Counted from the stretch's first letter, positions 51,668 to 63,253 are shown. The stretch: 64,000 nt of DNA from an uncultured Acidobacteriota bacterium (GCA_963803155.1 CAWDMN010000105.1:7601-71600); one strand, 5' to 3'. Program-made: numbers and translations. Notes: generated from the sequence alone by a model not told the origin.

Positions 51668-52453
51668 ATGAAAATTTTCTTCATTAGCGATATTGTGGGC
51701 CGCCCCGGAAGACGGGTGCTGAAAGATCATTTGACTTCGATCCTCGAAAGCCGCGGGATCGATCTTTGCGTGGCCAACGGTGAAAATGCCGCCGCTGGAA
51801 GTGGAATCACTCCGGCATTGACTGAGGAGTTATTAGGCCTTCATATTGATGTGCTCACCTCGGGCAACCACATTTGGGATAAAAAAGAAATTTTGGAATA
51901 CATTCCGCACCAGCCGCGATTAGTGCGGCCCGCCAACTTTCCGCCTGGAGCTCCAGGGCACGGTGTTTTTGTCGGGACAACCCGGGGTGGGATCCCGTAT
52001 GCGGTAATCAATCTCCAAGGCCGAGTCTTCATGCCCCCTTCGGATTGCCCTTTCCGCACGGTGGATCAACTCCTCACGGACTTGCCCGCGGAAGTCCGCG
52101 TGGTTCTAGTGGATTTTCACGCGGAGGCGACTGCTGAAAAACAGGCGCTGGGCTGGTACTTGGATGGCCGGGTTACCGCTGTAATGGGAACCCATACTCA
52201 CATTCCGACGGCGGATGAAGCAGTTTTGCCAGGTGGCACGGCATATTTAACCGATGCGGGAATGACGGGGCCTCACGACTCTGTCATCGGAGTGGACAAG
52301 GGAATTATCATCTCCAAGTTCTTGAATCAGATCCCGGCCAAATTTGAGCCGGCCAGTAGTGATGTGCGGCTAAATGCCGTCGAAATTGAGGCTGACCCAG
52401 AGACGGGAAGAGCTGTTTCCGTCCAGCGTTTTTGTTTGAAAATTCGGGAATAG
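51668..52453 (+). CDS. ymdB: YmdB-like (TIGR00282) metallophosphoesterase
   Basis: DIVGRPG, NGENAA, TSGNH, DFHAEAT, GTHTH, TDAGMTG; follows rny. Confidence 0.93.
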   Translation: MKIFFISDIVGRPGRRVLKDHLTSILESRGIDLCVANGENAAAGSGITPALTEELLGLHIDVLTSGNHIWDKKEILEYIPHQPRLVRPANFPPGAPGHGVFVGTTRGGIPYAVINLQGRVFMPPSDCPFRTVDQLLTDLPAEVRVVLVDFHAEATAEKQALGWYLDGRVTAVMGTHTHIPTADEAVLPGGTAYLTDAGMTGPHDSVIGVDKGIIISKFLNQIPAKFEPASSDVRLNAVEIEADPETGRAVSVQRFCLKIRE

Positions 52454-52717
52454 GAATTGGGTGTCTGCTTCAGGGAACACGCGGATCTTCAGCCCCCACG
52501 GAGTCTGGTGCTTGTTATGAAATCGGACTTCGTTTTTGCCTCCTCAATAATTCACAGGCTGGCCCGGAATTCGGCGAATTCTTCTTCAGATTGATTCCGC
52601 TGCATGATTGGAAAATCCAAAGACCAGAAAACAGTACGGCTGGAATATGATATTGGGGAATAAGGAATATCTGCAGGCGGATCCCTTTTACTCTGACGAC
52701 CAAGGATAATATCGAGA

Positions 52718-54052
52718 ATGTTCGACCAACTTTCACAAAAATTGCAGAAAGTATTCAAGAATTTGCGGGGCGAAGGAAAGCTTTCCCCCCAGCATATTGA
52801 TGAGGCAATGAAGGAAATCCGTCTAGCCCTTCTGGAGGCGGACGTAAATTTCAAGGTCGTCAAGCAATTCATTGATGGAATCAAAGTAAAAGCATTGGGT
52901 CAGGAAGTGCTGGATAGCCTGACTCCGGCACAGCAAGTGGTCAAGATTGTTCGCGATGAGATGGTGTCCATGCTGGGGGGAATCGCCGCGCAGTTGAATT
53001 TTGGATCACAACGTCCCAGTGTTTTTATGATTGTCGGATTACAGGGTTCCGGCAAGACCACGTCCACGGGAAAGCTGGCCCGATGGTTGAACCGGAACGG
53101 ACATCGGGCGCTGGTGGTTTCCATCGACGTCTATCGGCCCGCGGCGCGGGATCAATTGGCGGTCATCGCGAAAGAGGTTGGTGTCTCCATTTATCCGGGC
53201 CTCGGGATTAATGATCCGCTCCAACTTTGCCGCGAGGCTGTACATGAGGCGGGAAATTCCGGATGTGATGTGGTGCTCATCGACACTGCCGGGCGATTGC
53301 ACATTGATGAACAGTTGATGCAGGAATTGCAGCGGGTCAAAGAACTGGTGAATCCGGCGGAAATCCTCTTTGTGGCTGACGCGATGACCGGCCAGGATGC
53401 AGTCAAAAGCGCTCAGGAATTCCACAAACAGCTGGCTTTGAGCGGTGTGGTTCTCACCAAATTAGATGGTGATGCGAGAGGTGGAGCCGCGCTTTCCATC
53501 AAGGCGGTTACCGGGCAACCGCTCAAGTTTGTCGGCGTTGGAGAAAAATATGATGCATTGGAACTCTTCCATCCGGACCGCCTGGTTTCCCGCATCCTTG
53601 GCATGGGTGATGTCCTTTCGCTGATTGAAAAGGCGGAGGAGTCCATCGATCAGGAAAAAGCCTTGGAACTCGGACAAAAAATGATGTCCGACTCCTTTTC
53701 ACTCGAGGATTTCCGCGATCAGCTACGCCAGATGCGAAAACTGGGGCCGCTGGAAAAAATTATGGAAATGTTGCCGCAGGTTGGTCCCTTCAAAGATTTG
53801 GGAAAAGTCAAAGTGGATGAGAAGGAACTCATTCACATTGAAGCCATCATCAATTCCATGACTCCGCGGGAGCGCAAGAATCATCAGATAATCAACGGCA
53901 GCCGACGCCGCCGGATTGCCCGTGGCAGCGGAACCAGCGTCCAACAGGTCAATCAACTCCTAAAACAATATGCTCAGGCCCGCAAAATGATGAAACAAAT
54001 GAGCAGCGGTTTTTTGGGCCGCCGCTTCGGCAAAATGCGCATGCCGATTTAA
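52718..54052 (+). CDS. ffh: Signal recognition particle protein
   Basis: GLQGSGKTT, DTAGR, TKLDGDARGG, RILGMGD, M-domain RIARGSG. Confidence 0.98.
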   Translation: MFDQLSQKLQKVFKNLRGEGKLSPQHIDEAMKEIRLALLEADVNFKVVKQFIDGIKVKALGQEVLDSLTPAQQVVKIVRDEMVSMLGGIAAQLNFGSQRPSVFMIVGLQGSGKTTSTGKLARWLNRNGHRALVVSIDVYRPAARDQLAVIAKEVGVSIYPGLGINDPLQLCREAVHEAGNSGCDVVLIDTAGRLHIDEQLMQELQRVKELVNPAEILFVADAMTGQDAVKSAQEFHKQLALSGVVLTKLDGDARGGAALSIKAVTGQPLKFVGVGEKYDALELFHPDRLVSRILGMGDVLSLIEKAEESIDQEKALELGQKMMSDSFSLEDFRDQLRQMRKLGPLEKIMEMLPQVGPFKDLGKVKVDEKELIHIEAIINSMTPRERKNHQIINGSRRRRIARGSGTSVQQVNQLLKQYAQARKMMKQMSSGFLGRRFGKMRMPI

Positions 54053-54070
54053 CCTCTGGAGCGGGGATCA

Positions 54071-54817
54071 CTATTGCCATCCCCTTTTAGGGGGTGGGGT
54101 GAGCTTAAGAATGCCAAACGCTCCGGCCACGTGGAAGTCCGGCTGAGGTGTGCGAGCGTCTACCCAGGTGATCCAATCTGGTGTTTCGGGCCGGTCGGGA
54201 GAGAAATCGGCGCGGAAGAGACCTGCCTTCCAACGCTCGTTGGGATGAAGAAAAAAGCCCAATTGCTCCAAAGCTTCCCGCGATAATGCCGCTTCTACTT
54301 GATATCCTCCGGGCCTAAATTTCACTGCGTGTTGCCACCGTGTGGGAGACCAGGAGTCGTCGAACTTTCGATAGAAACGGGCGGAGTAGTCATGCACGGC
54401 ATCCCGCGCGGAAATCTCGATACAATAGTAGGGATCTGCCTCACGGCCTGACCAGAGGAACAGTTCAACCCGGTCCTGAGGATCTACATCGCGTTCGCTG
54501 ACGGAAGGTGGTGACGACACGATGTGGTCATCGTCACATTCGAATGCAAATATGAACTGTTCATGATTCCAAAAAAGCCATGCTTGAGTCCGCGCCGGTT
54601 TGCGTTTAGGTTCACCCGCAATAACGAATTCAGAAACCAGTGCGGGTTGCCGATAGCAGGCTTCATCAAGTTCTCCATCCACTTTGATGGGCGAGGTGAG
54701 AAAGGGAACAGAGATTAGAACATGGCTGGGTGGAACCATCTGTTGAGGCTGGCATCGGCTAAGCGCCAAGAAGGTCATTATTATGACAAGGAGGAAACCG
54801 CAGAGGGTAGAATTCAT
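54071..54817 (-). CDS. Carbohydrate-binding family 9-like protein
   Basis: Signal peptide, IKVDGELDE, DRVELF, PDFH...FG. Confidence 0.7.
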   Translation of the reverse strand: MNSTLCGFLLVIIMTFLALSRCQPQQMVPPSHVLISVPFLTSPIKVDGELDEACYRQPALVSEFVIAGEPKRKPARTQAWLFWNHEQFIFAFECDDDHIVSSPPSVSERDVDPQDRVELFLWSGREADPYYCIEISARDAVHDYSARFYRKFDDSWSPTRWQHAVKFRPGGYQVEAALSREALEQLGFFLHPNERWKAGLFRADFSPDRPETPDWITWVDARTPQPDFHVAGAFGILKLTPPPKRGWQ

Positions 54818-54919
54818 GGGCTCATTAGGTCATACCGCTCAAGCGGTGTCGTATGAGAATGTACGATCCGGATTCTGAAGACGCCATTTTGACTGGACTT
54901 TGTTGTTATAAGAGGGGGG

Positions 54920-56374
54920 CTATTCCATCTGAATCGTCAGATAAGAAAATTTCCCTTCCCTCTCAATCTGAAGCACCGCAGGTTTAGGAGGCTTGATAGC
55001 ATCCAGCGCATCATCCAGATCCTTCAGGCTGCTGATGGCCAAACCGTTCACGGCGTGAATGACATCCCCAGCCATCAAGTCGTTCTCCCACTCATCGGAG
55101 CTGACCATCCGGCCCACCACCATGACTCCCGAAGCTAAGCGAAGATCAGAAACTAGCTCCAACACTTTGGCATCGACCTCCAGGACTATGACCCCCAATT
55201 TTTTGATCAGATTATCTTCGGGATCCGCCATGTCTTGGAGGCGGTCGACTTCCCGCTTTTGTTCAATTACCGGCACCTCGAAGGACAATTTCCCCGTTCC
55301 CCGCAACACTTCCAGGTTAATCTTTTCTCCGGGATTGATCATAAAAAGATTGATGCCAAAGATGGGAAGGCTGTCGATATGTTTCCCATTCATGCTTAAA
55401 ATAATGTCTTGAATCTTCAAGCCCACCTGCTCTCCAGGAGAGTTAGGGAGCACGTCCGCTATGATTACTCCCCAGTCTCGGGAGAGACTCAGCCCGGCGG
55501 ACATGGCTGGAGTAATGGCCTGCACTTTTATTCCCATGATTCCCCGGTGCAAATGCCCATATTGACGCAATTGAGGATAGGCAAACTGGAGAATGGCGCT
55601 GGGAATGGCAAATCCCAATCCCTCATTTCCACCAGACTGAGTCAGAATGAAAGTGTTGATTCCGATCAATTCACCATTGACGTTGACCAGCGGACCGCCG
55701 CTGTTCCCCGGATTAATGGGAGCATCGGTCTGGATGAAAACCAATGGACTATCGGGATCGAGTTGCCGGGCGACCGCGCTCACCACCCCCATCGTGACGG
55801 TATTGCGCAGTCCGCTGGGGCTGCCGAAAGCGAAGACCAATTCCCCCTGTTGAACCTTTCCGTAATCGCCAATAGTCAGGGCCGACAATCCCTGGGCATT
55901 CACTTTGAGCAGCGCCAAGTCGAGTTCAGGGGATATCCCCGCCACCTTGGCGTCCAAAGTCCGACCGCTAGATGCCAGCTGTTGCAATTCCGTATTGGTG
56001 GTTATTGCTGAATTGGACAATATCACTTGTACCTTGCGGGAACCGATGACAACATGAGCATTGGTCAAAATGAAGCCATCCGAGCTGATGATGGCTCCGG
56101 AACCAAGCCCTCTTTGCTTTCCCATGACTACTCCGGTTTGGCCCCGGCTGGATTCTTCAAGGGGACGAAATCCGCTCACTGCGATTTGTACTACGCTGGG
56201 GGACACACGCTTTACCAGGCTTTCAATGGAATTGTTGAGCTGCACCAGAGATGTCATGGACTGCTTGTCGGCGGCTGTCGATGAAGAAGAAGGAGTATCC
56301 AGGGGAAAAAAGGTGTAACAAGGGAGTAATAAGAAAATGGGAAGTGCCTTTGTCATGACGGCGATTATTTTCAT
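54920..56374 (-). CDS. HtrA/DegP-type serine protease with two PDZ domains
   Basis: GSGAII, TNAHVV, DLALLK, QTDAPINPGNSGG. Confidence 0.93.
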   Translation of the reverse strand: MKIIAVMTKALPIFLLLPCYTFFPLDTPSSSSTAADKQSMTSLVQLNNSIESLVKRVSPSVVQIAVSGFRPLEESSRGQTGVVMGKQRGLGSGAIISSDGFILTNAHVVIGSRKVQVILSNSAITTNTELQQLASSGRTLDAKVAGISPELDLALLKVNAQGLSALTIGDYGKVQQGELVFAFGSPSGLRNTVTMGVVSAVARQLDPDSPLVFIQTDAPINPGNSGGPLVNVNGELIGINTFILTQSGGNEGLGFAIPSAILQFAYPQLRQYGHLHRGIMGIKVQAITPAMSAGLSLSRDWGVIIADVLPNSPGEQVGLKIQDIILSMNGKHIDSLPIFGINLFMINPGEKINLEVLRGTGKLSFEVPVIEQKREVDRLQDMADPEDNLIKKLGVIVLEVDAKVLELVSDLRLASGVMVVGRMVSSDEWENDLMAGDVIHAVNGLAISSLKDLDDALDAIKPPKPAVLQIEREGKFSYLTIQME

Positions 56375-56871
56375 TGTTGCCTCCCAAGGTGATTTTCCCG
56401 GATCATGTGGATGGTGAATCGCTCCAGCTCATGGTATCGTTTTGCCATGAGAAGGTCAATTCGAGTTGAATTTTGCAGAATCCGGGGGGATAAAATTTCC
56501 CCCTGAAGCCGCAAAGGGCTTATACGTTGGATGCAATCCTGTAGTCGTCGCGAGGTGCATCCATCCAGGGATCCAGCATTCCGTTTGCGTCACAATACTC
56601 GAACCGGCTAGGTGCGCGGCAGAGGCATCCTTCAATTCTTGCTTTATTTCTTCTGCTGATTCACCCGCATCGAAAAACCGGTAGAATCATGGAGGAACTT
56701 AGGCAACCGGCTTTGCGTTTAAAACATCTATGGAGTTTTGTCCCAAACCATGGGGTTATATTGGCGGGGCCAAAAAAATGCGATAGATCAAAAGCGCCGT
56801 CTGGTCCAATATGCGGCAGACCCAATGGTTCTCAAGAATTCCATTTATTATCTCTGGTTAAGGAGTTTTTC

Positions 56872-58074
56872 ATGAAGCGATTTTATTTTTTGTTGGGAGT
56901 GGGTTGGATTTTTATTTTCACCCTCATGGTTCAAGTTGCGATCTCTGAAACTCGCAGTGAATATGCGGGCTTTTTGGCGGATCCACAACATAGTGGAGTC
57001 TTCCCTTCGTCAGGCCCCAAAGGCGTCAAGGTGGATTTCTCCCCGAGCCCTGTATTAAAAGTAAAATGGAGTTTCAAGACTCGAGGCAAGATTCGCTCCT
57101 CCGCCGCGGTAACGGGAGATGCCGTTTTTATCGGCAGCGAAGATGGGAACTTTTATTCGCTGGACAAGGCCACGGGGGCTTTGCGCTGGAAATTCTCCAC
57201 GGATGGGGATATTTCTTCTTCGCCGGGATTATGGGACGGGACGGTGTTTTTCGTCGGAGAAGATGGCACTCTTTACGCGCTGGAGGCCAAGTCTGGACGG
57301 AAAAAATGGGACTTCAAAACAGGGAAGACCCTTCCTTACGCCATATCCGAATCCTATCCCGCAACTTGGGATTATTATGTTTCTTCCCCCACTATTGTCG
57401 CCAGTAGACTCTTCTTTGGCGCTGGGGATGGCTTCTTGTATGCCATCGATGCAGCTAAGGGGACACTGCTGTGGAAATTCAAAACGGAAGGGCGAGTGCG
57501 AACTACTCCAGCTGTTATCGATAACACCGTCTATTTTGGCAGTTATGATTGTCACCTTTATGCCGTCAATGCCGAAACTGGCGAATTGCGCTGGAAGTTC
57601 AAGACTAGTGGGAATCAATATTTCAAGGGAGAAATCCAATTCTCTCCAAGCGTGGGAGGCGGGCTGGTTTGTTTTGGGGCGCGAGACGGCTTTGTGTATG
57701 CACTCGACGCTCAAACAGGGGAAAAGAAATGGACCGCCGATCATAAGGGATCCTGGGCAACTTCCTGTGTGATTAACCAAGGTGTTGTTTATGCCTGCAG
57801 TTCCGATGGCCAGTTCATTCAAGCATTAGATGCCGCGAATGGCCAGGAAAAATGGAGGTTTGCGCCGGGTGGCCGGGTATTTTCAGCCCCAGCCATAGCG
57901 GGCAACTTGGTGTTCTTTGGCGTACAAAATTCTTTTGTGATGGGAGTGGACCTTAAAGAGGGAAAACCACAACTCGGCTCTGGAGGAAATGGAGAGATGA
58001 ACTCCTCTCCGGTCATTGCTGACGGAGTCCTTTATATTGGCTGCGACGATAGTGTCTTCTATGCTTTTGAGTAG
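56872..58074 (+). CDS. PQQ-binding-like beta-propeller repeat protein
   Basis: Repeated GS.DG.LYALDA.TG...WKF.T units; SD AAGGAG before ATG 56872. Confidence 0.88.
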   Translation: MKRFYFLLGVGWIFIFTLMVQVAISETRSEYAGFLADPQHSGVFPSSGPKGVKVDFSPSPVLKVKWSFKTRGKIRSSAAVTGDAVFIGSEDGNFYSLDKATGALRWKFSTDGDISSSPGLWDGTVFFVGEDGTLYALEAKSGRKKWDFKTGKTLPYAISESYPATWDYYVSSPTIVASRLFFGAGDGFLYAIDAAKGTLLWKFKTEGRVRTTPAVIDNTVYFGSYDCHLYAVNAETGELRWKFKTSGNQYFKGEIQFSPSVGGGLVCFGARDGFVYALDAQTGEKKWTADHKGSWATSCVINQGVVYACSSDGQFIQALDAANGQEKWRFAPGGRVFSAPAIAGNLVFFGVQNSFVMGVDLKEGKPQLGSGGNGEMNSSPVIADGVLYIGCDDSVFYAFE

Positions 58075-58484
58075 TAGAGGACGCTTGGCTGAGCCAGAAC
58101 CAGGAAGAATTCATTACGAAAGGCCTGAAAAAAACGAAGACAAATAATTTTCTGGAATGAAAAAGCTCGTCCCCGGTGTTATTCGCGGCAAAGTAAAAAG
58201 TTGACGATGGTCATCGTCAGCCTGAAACCCTCCAGGGATAATGCGCCCCAATGAGTCATCATAATCCTCCTTGCTTATGGCCACGGGGAAAATAAAACCC
58301 AGGGAACCGAATCGATAGTCATTAGGCGGCAGGATTTCTCGTTCTTTCGCTTATTCTTTGGTTTTATTGTAACCATTCAGAGGGAGAAACTGAACCCTTC
58401 GGGTTCTCCCCCTGGACAATTGCGTTTTATTTGTGACCCGCCACTGGGGCGCCGTCGTCTTGGCATGGACTCTGGCAAACCTCT

Positions 58485-59438
58485 TTACCACACCGCTTTC
58501 TGCGCTGTTTCCGTCACCAATTGAAGAGCCGAACCAGAAATGTCATCCGGGACGGAGCATCCAGGGGAGAGAATGAGCCGTTGCGCTGGCATTCTCTGAC
58601 AAGCGCTGCTGACTTCTTTCTTTATGGCTGACAGATTGGCTTTGGCAACACCGATCTCGTCGATTCCTCCCATCAAAATCCCTTTGAATCTAGCCGCAAT
58701 TTTTTCCATGCCAATGCCAGTCTCACGGATCGAATAATTCACAATCGGAACGGGATAATTTAACAACTCATCCCAGTGCGGATGGCTGCCGTGAATATGC
58801 AAAACATTAAATTTTGCACGCCCGGCGGTCGACTTGAGTACCCGCAAATCAGATTCTCTCACGATTTTTCGGTATTCTTCCACGCTCGTCACTTCTTCAT
58901 CCGCTGCGGTGACCGCCAGGAAAACCCCAGCGGCGCCGGCTTTTAGTGCTAGTTTGGCGTGGTTGGACAAAGAATCGGCAATTTTGAGCAATGCTTCTTC
59001 GAGCGCCAAGTGGTTTTCCTTGAGGAGCCGGAGAACAAACTCCTTGCTTGAAATTTTCTCGGCTACTCTCCAAGGTTGAAAAATGGTTTCAATAAAATAA
59101 GCTTCATGATTCAACTCCCGATTGATGATTTGTAGAGCTTTGATCTGCTCCGGATATGGGTTTTCCAAAATCTTCAGTTCGGACCATTCTTTTAGGGACT
59201 CTATTTTTTGGCCCGGCCTGGGCGTCGGGTACGGGTAATCGCTCATGACTTTAAGCAGATCGAGGTCATTTTTCCGGTAAAAATCCAGCGTAGCTTGAGC
59301 ATGTTTTTCGGCGGGAGATTTTTCCAGCCTGAAATGGCGCCAAAAGGTGAATGGAGGACGATCTGGTTTAGCTTTGGCGAGTAGAGCCTCCATTCGTTGC
59401 CTTTTTGGGGATAAAGTTTCTTTCAGTTTTGATTTCAT
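58485..59438 (-). CDS. Uroporphyrinogen decarboxylase (URO-D) family protein
   Basis: PDRPPFTFWRHF, TIFQPW, VLHIHG, LMGGIDE, ILSPGCSVP. Confidence 0.82.
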   Translation of the reverse strand: MKSKLKETLSPKRQRMEALLAKAKPDRPPFTFWRHFRLEKSPAEKHAQATLDFYRKNDLDLLKVMSDYPYPTPRPGQKIESLKEWSELKILENPYPEQIKALQIINRELNHEAYFIETIFQPWRVAEKISSKEFVLRLLKENHLALEEALLKIADSLSNHAKLALKAGAAGVFLAVTAADEEVTSVEEYRKIVRESDLRVLKSTAGRAKFNVLHIHGSHPHWDELLNYPVPIVNYSIRETGIGMEKIAARFKGILMGGIDEIGVAKANLSAIKKEVSSACQRMPAQRLILSPGCSVPDDISGSALQLVTETAQKAVW

Positions 59439-60193
59439 TTGCGACTCCGCGGTAAAGAATAATTTCGTTTTGTCCAATTCGCTTTGGACAAATTATATAA
59501 TTTCACAACTTGGTTCTTTATGCCAGGGAGAGCATGGATTGGCCGATATATCAAAAGATTTCAAACCTGATTTAATAAGAGAAGAAAATCAGAAGGATAA
59601 AGAAATGATGAAAATCTTGGCAGGAGCCCAAATGAGGGGTTCTTAAAAGTTGATTCTGCGGGAATCAAATTCCCAATTTTCTATGCTTGTTTGTCTATCC
59701 TCAGATTCAATCCCTAATCCCAAATCCAATTCTGAGGAATTGCAGTCTGCGATTTCATCGGAGGAAATGGTTGTCAAAATATAATCCAAATAACTATTGG
59801 CATCGCAGGCCCCCTCGCTCGCGGCTGTCATTATTTTAATAATGCCGCTTTCTCTTTCCAGATTTAGGGATGGCCCTTTATGATCCGGATTGCATTTTCG
59901 TGATGCTCCCATTTTGCCCCCTGGAAGTTCCAGGATAATTCACTTGGGGAAGATGATCATTTTTATCGCCAGTCCGGAAATAAAATAACAACTCCTTTAA
60001 TCTAAGTGACTTTTGGTAAGGACTGGCTTTTGTGGAGCACGAGCTGGTGGCGTCGAATTGTCCAAAATCCGGACAGTTTTTCATATGAAAGGATCGCTCA
60101 AGGAATTTGAATATTTTGAAGTTAATCCGGGAATCTTCGATGATAGAATGGGGCTGGCGCAACAATTTACTTTAGGGACTAGTGGGGGATACT

Positions 60194-61177
60194 ATGCCCA
60201 ACTTAGCAATCATCGGTTTCGAACATGTCCATGCCGCTCATTATCTCGCCTCACTCAAGCAGATCCCGGAAGTAAAGCTTTATGTGGCTGAAAAAGAGGC
60301 TCACCGCCTGGCTCCTTTCCAATCTCAGTTGGAGGGTATCCCGGTTTTTGCGGATTTCCGGAAGCTTCTCGACGAAATCCGCCTGGATGGCGCGATTATC
60401 TGCACACACAATGCTGGCCATCGGGACGTAGTGGTGCAATGCGTTCGTTCCCGTGTTCATGTTTTATGCGAGAAGCCCATTGCCACTTCGCTTGAAGATG
60501 CCCGTCAAATGCTGGCGCTTAGCGAGGCACACCGAGTGATTTTGGGAATATGTTTTCCCGTGCGGCAAAGTCCTGTCTTAGCGCAAGCGCGGGAAGTGAT
60601 CCAGCAGGGGGGACTTGGAAAAATCCGGGCGGTAAAAGCCACCAACCATGGCACCATGCCAGGTGATTGGTTTGCGGATCCAGTCCGGTCTGGAGGAGGC
60701 GCCATCATTGACCATACAGTTCATGCGGTTGACGCATTGCGGTGGCTTTTCGAAGCTGAATTTACGCGCGTATTCGCCTCCTCGGCAACCCGGATGCATG
60801 ACATCCCAGTAGAGGATTGTGGCTTGCTGTCATTGGAAATGAACAATGGCGTCTTCGCCACTCTTGACACCAGCTGGTCTAGGCCCAGCAAATCCTTCCC
60901 GCTCTGGGGAGATGTCACCTTGCGGATTGTCGGCGAAAAAGGGATCTTGGATTTGGACATGTTTCCTTGGACGCTGAATTATTACTCTGAAGAAGCTGGA
61001 AAGCATCTGGCTCAAGCTTGCGATGGCAACTTGAATGGAAAGATGCTTCTCAATTTCCTAAGCGCAATCCAAGGGGAAATGGAAGTATCCGCCACGGGGC
61101 GGGATGGCTTAAGAGCCTTGGAAGTGGTGGTGGCTGCCTACCGTTCAGTTTCGAGCGGTCGACCCGAGTATATTTAA
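60194..61177 (+). CDS. Gfo/Idh/MocA oxidoreductase
   Basis: HVLCEKPIA, GGGAIIDHTVH. Confidence 0.9.
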   Translation: MPNLAIIGFEHVHAAHYLASLKQIPEVKLYVAEKEAHRLAPFQSQLEGIPVFADFRKLLDEIRLDGAIICTHNAGHRDVVVQCVRSRVHVLCEKPIATSLEDARQMLALSEAHRVILGICFPVRQSPVLAQAREVIQQGGLGKIRAVKATNHGTMPGDWFADPVRSGGGAIIDHTVHAVDALRWLFEAEFTRVFASSATRMHDIPVEDCGLLSLEMNNGVFATLDTSWSRPSKSFPLWGDVTLRIVGEKGILDLDMFPWTLNYYSEEAGKHLAQACDGNLNGKMLLNFLSAIQGEMEVSATGRDGLRALEVVVAAYRSVSSGRPEYI

Positions 61178-61201
61178 ATCAGGCTCCTCTTGCTTGCCTG
61201 T

Positions 61202-61279
61202 GCCGAAAAAGTCGACGACTTTGAATCAAGTTTTGGAACGGGATTCTGTAAGTCTCCAGAGTCCGAGACGAAGTCTCGC
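61202..61279 (+). repeat. 78-bp inverted repeat, left copy
   Basis: 66/78 identical, ungapped, to the reverse complement of 63419-63496. Confidence 0.85.
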
Positions 61280-61326
61280 AAGTATTGCCTTTCTCGAATT
61301 TCACCCAATATCCGCCAGGAGGAAAA

Positions 61327-62334
61327 ATGTCGAAAATGGGCGTAGCCATTATGGGCGCCGGGAATATGGGCCGATGTCTCGGCAAGGCGCTGTGTAAGAT
61401 TCCCGAGGTGGAAATCCGTTATGTTTGCGACTCCCGGATTGAGGCCGCGGAATCCTTGGCGCCTTTGTTCAACAGCCGACCGGTGGGCTCTCCTGATGAA
61501 TTGTATCGACAGCTGGATTTTGACGCAGTGGTCATTTGCCTTCCGACTTTTACTAGGCTTGATTCGTTGCGTCAAGCAGTGGCCGCCGGTAAGCATATTT
61601 TTTGTGAAAAACCTCTGGCTTTGAACTCTGCGATGGCTGCCGCAATCCAAGACCTCCTGAGAGGATATACCAAGACAGTCATGGTGGGGCAGGTTCTGCG
61701 TTTTTTCTGGGAATATAGCAACCTTCGGAAAATGGTGTTGGAAGGGCGGATCGGCCAGTCTGGTACCATACGCCTATCGCGATGTGTGGGATATCCGGGC
61801 CATGGATCTTGGTACGCGGAAGAGGCCCGGAGCGGTGGACTGATCCTCGATTTGTTGATTCATGATCTGGATTTCCTCTTGTGGACTTTTGGCGAGGTCA
61901 GACAAGTGTTTGCGCAGACCGTGAAGAGTCAAGGAGAGGCGAATATCGATTACGCGCTGTTGCATCTCCAAATGAAGTCAGGGGCTTTGGCACATTTGGA
62001 GGGGAGCTGGGCCCATCCAGTGGGAAGTTTCAGACAAACCGTGGAATTGGCGGGAAGCGGTGGAATCTTGAGTTACGACAGTGCGACGGCCAAGAGCTTT
62101 GATCTGCAATCGACCCTTGAGAAGGATGAAGTGGCCGAGTCTCGCATATCTCTCCCCGAAAGTGACCCGGAACACGATCCTTATTTTTTGGAATTAAAAC
62201 ATTTTACTGCATGCTTGCGCGGGGAGGTGCCGGTTCAAATTCCCTGGCAGGAAGCTTTGAAGGCCTGTGAGGTGGCCTTCTGCGCCATGGAGTCCGCTAA
62301 AAAAGGAATTCCCATCCAGATGAATATGGGATGA
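61327..62334 (+). CDS. Gfo/Idh/MocA oxidoreductase
   Basis: GAGNMG, HIFCEKPLA, GGLILDLLIHDLD; SD AGGAGG. Confidence 0.9.
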   Translation: MSKMGVAIMGAGNMGRCLGKALCKIPEVEIRYVCDSRIEAAESLAPLFNSRPVGSPDELYRQLDFDAVVICLPTFTRLDSLRQAVAAGKHIFCEKPLALNSAMAAAIQDLLRGYTKTVMVGQVLRFFWEYSNLRKMVLEGRIGQSGTIRLSRCVGYPGHGSWYAEEARSGGLILDLLIHDLDFLLWTFGEVRQVFAQTVKSQGEANIDYALLHLQMKSGALAHLEGSWAHPVGSFRQTVELAGSGGILSYDSATAKSFDLQSTLEKDEVAESRISLPESDPEHDPYFLELKHFTACLRGEVPVQIPWQEALKACEVAFCAMESAKKGIPIQMNMG

Positions 62335-62347
62335 TGAAAGGAGATTT

Positions 62348-63235
62348 ATGCATAATCCCTCCCGCCGCGATTTGATAAAAGCCGGCATTGCCCTCGCGAG
62401 TGGCGTGACCGCTAGTGTTTTAGAAAGTCCTCTCTGCGCTGGACCTCTCTCCAACCCCGCACTTGGCGGTCAAAATTTTAAGCTCGGCTTGGTTACGTAC
62501 AATTTGGCCAAAGATTGGGATATTGCGGCCATCCTCAAGAATTGCGAAGAGACTGGTTTTGAAGCGGTGGAGCTGCGCACTACGCACAAACATGGCGTGG
62601 AGCCCGGACTCTCCAAGGAACAGAGACGGGAGGTCAAAAAACAGTTTGAAGGCCGCAAGGTGCGTTTACTGAGCTTGGGAACCACCTGTGAATACCATTC
62701 CCCGGATCTTACCGCCGTGCGGAAAAATATCGAGGAGACTAAGCGGTTTGTAGAATTAGCCAGGGATGTGGGCGCCTTGGGGGTCAAAGTCAGGCCCAAT
62801 GGCATTCCCAAAGAAGTTCGGGAAGAAAAAACCGAAGATCAAATCGGCAAGGCGCTTCAGGAATGCGGGCAGGCTGCCGGGAATTTTGGGGTGGAGATCT
62901 GGCTGGAGGTGCATGGCCAGGATTCAAATCTACCTCGCCGGATCCATAAAATGGTGGAAGCTGCCGATTCCCCCCACGTGGGAATTTGTTGGAATTGCAA
63001 TCCGGAGGATCTGGAGAACGGGTCGATAGGAAAAAATTTCGAGTTGTTGAAACCCTGGTTGCGCAGCTCTCATATTAATGAATTATGGAATGAAAAATAT
63101 CCGTGGCGTGACCTTTTCGCACTCATGAAAACCGCCGGCTACCACCGTTATACATTGGCTGAAATCCCCGAGACGTCCGATCCGATCAGGTTGATGCATT
63201 ATTACCGAGCACTTTGGCGATCTTTGCAGATCTGA
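62348..63235 (+). CDS. Sugar phosphate isomerase/epimerase (xylose isomerase-like TIM barrel), Tat signal
   Basis: SRRDLIK, AVELR, WLEVHG. Confidence 0.82.
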   Translation: MHNPSRRDLIKAGIALASGVTASVLESPLCAGPLSNPALGGQNFKLGLVTYNLAKDWDIAAILKNCEETGFEAVELRTTHKHGVEPGLSKEQRREVKKQFEGRKVRLLSLGTTCEYHSPDLTAVRKNIEETKRFVELARDVGALGVKVRPNGIPKEVREEKTEDQIGKALQECGQAAGNFGVEIWLEVHGQDSNLPRRIHKMVEAADSPHVGICWNCNPEDLENGSIGKNFELLKPWLRSSHINELWNEKYPWRDLFALMKTAGYHRYTLAEIPETSDPIRLMHYYRALWRSLQI

Positions 63236-63253
63236 AGCGCAGCCTCGCGGCGG

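Noticed and set aside
59480-60190. Short ORFs in the AT-rich divergent intergenic region
   Set aside because: No motifs or convincing ribosome binding sites; cannot be supported.
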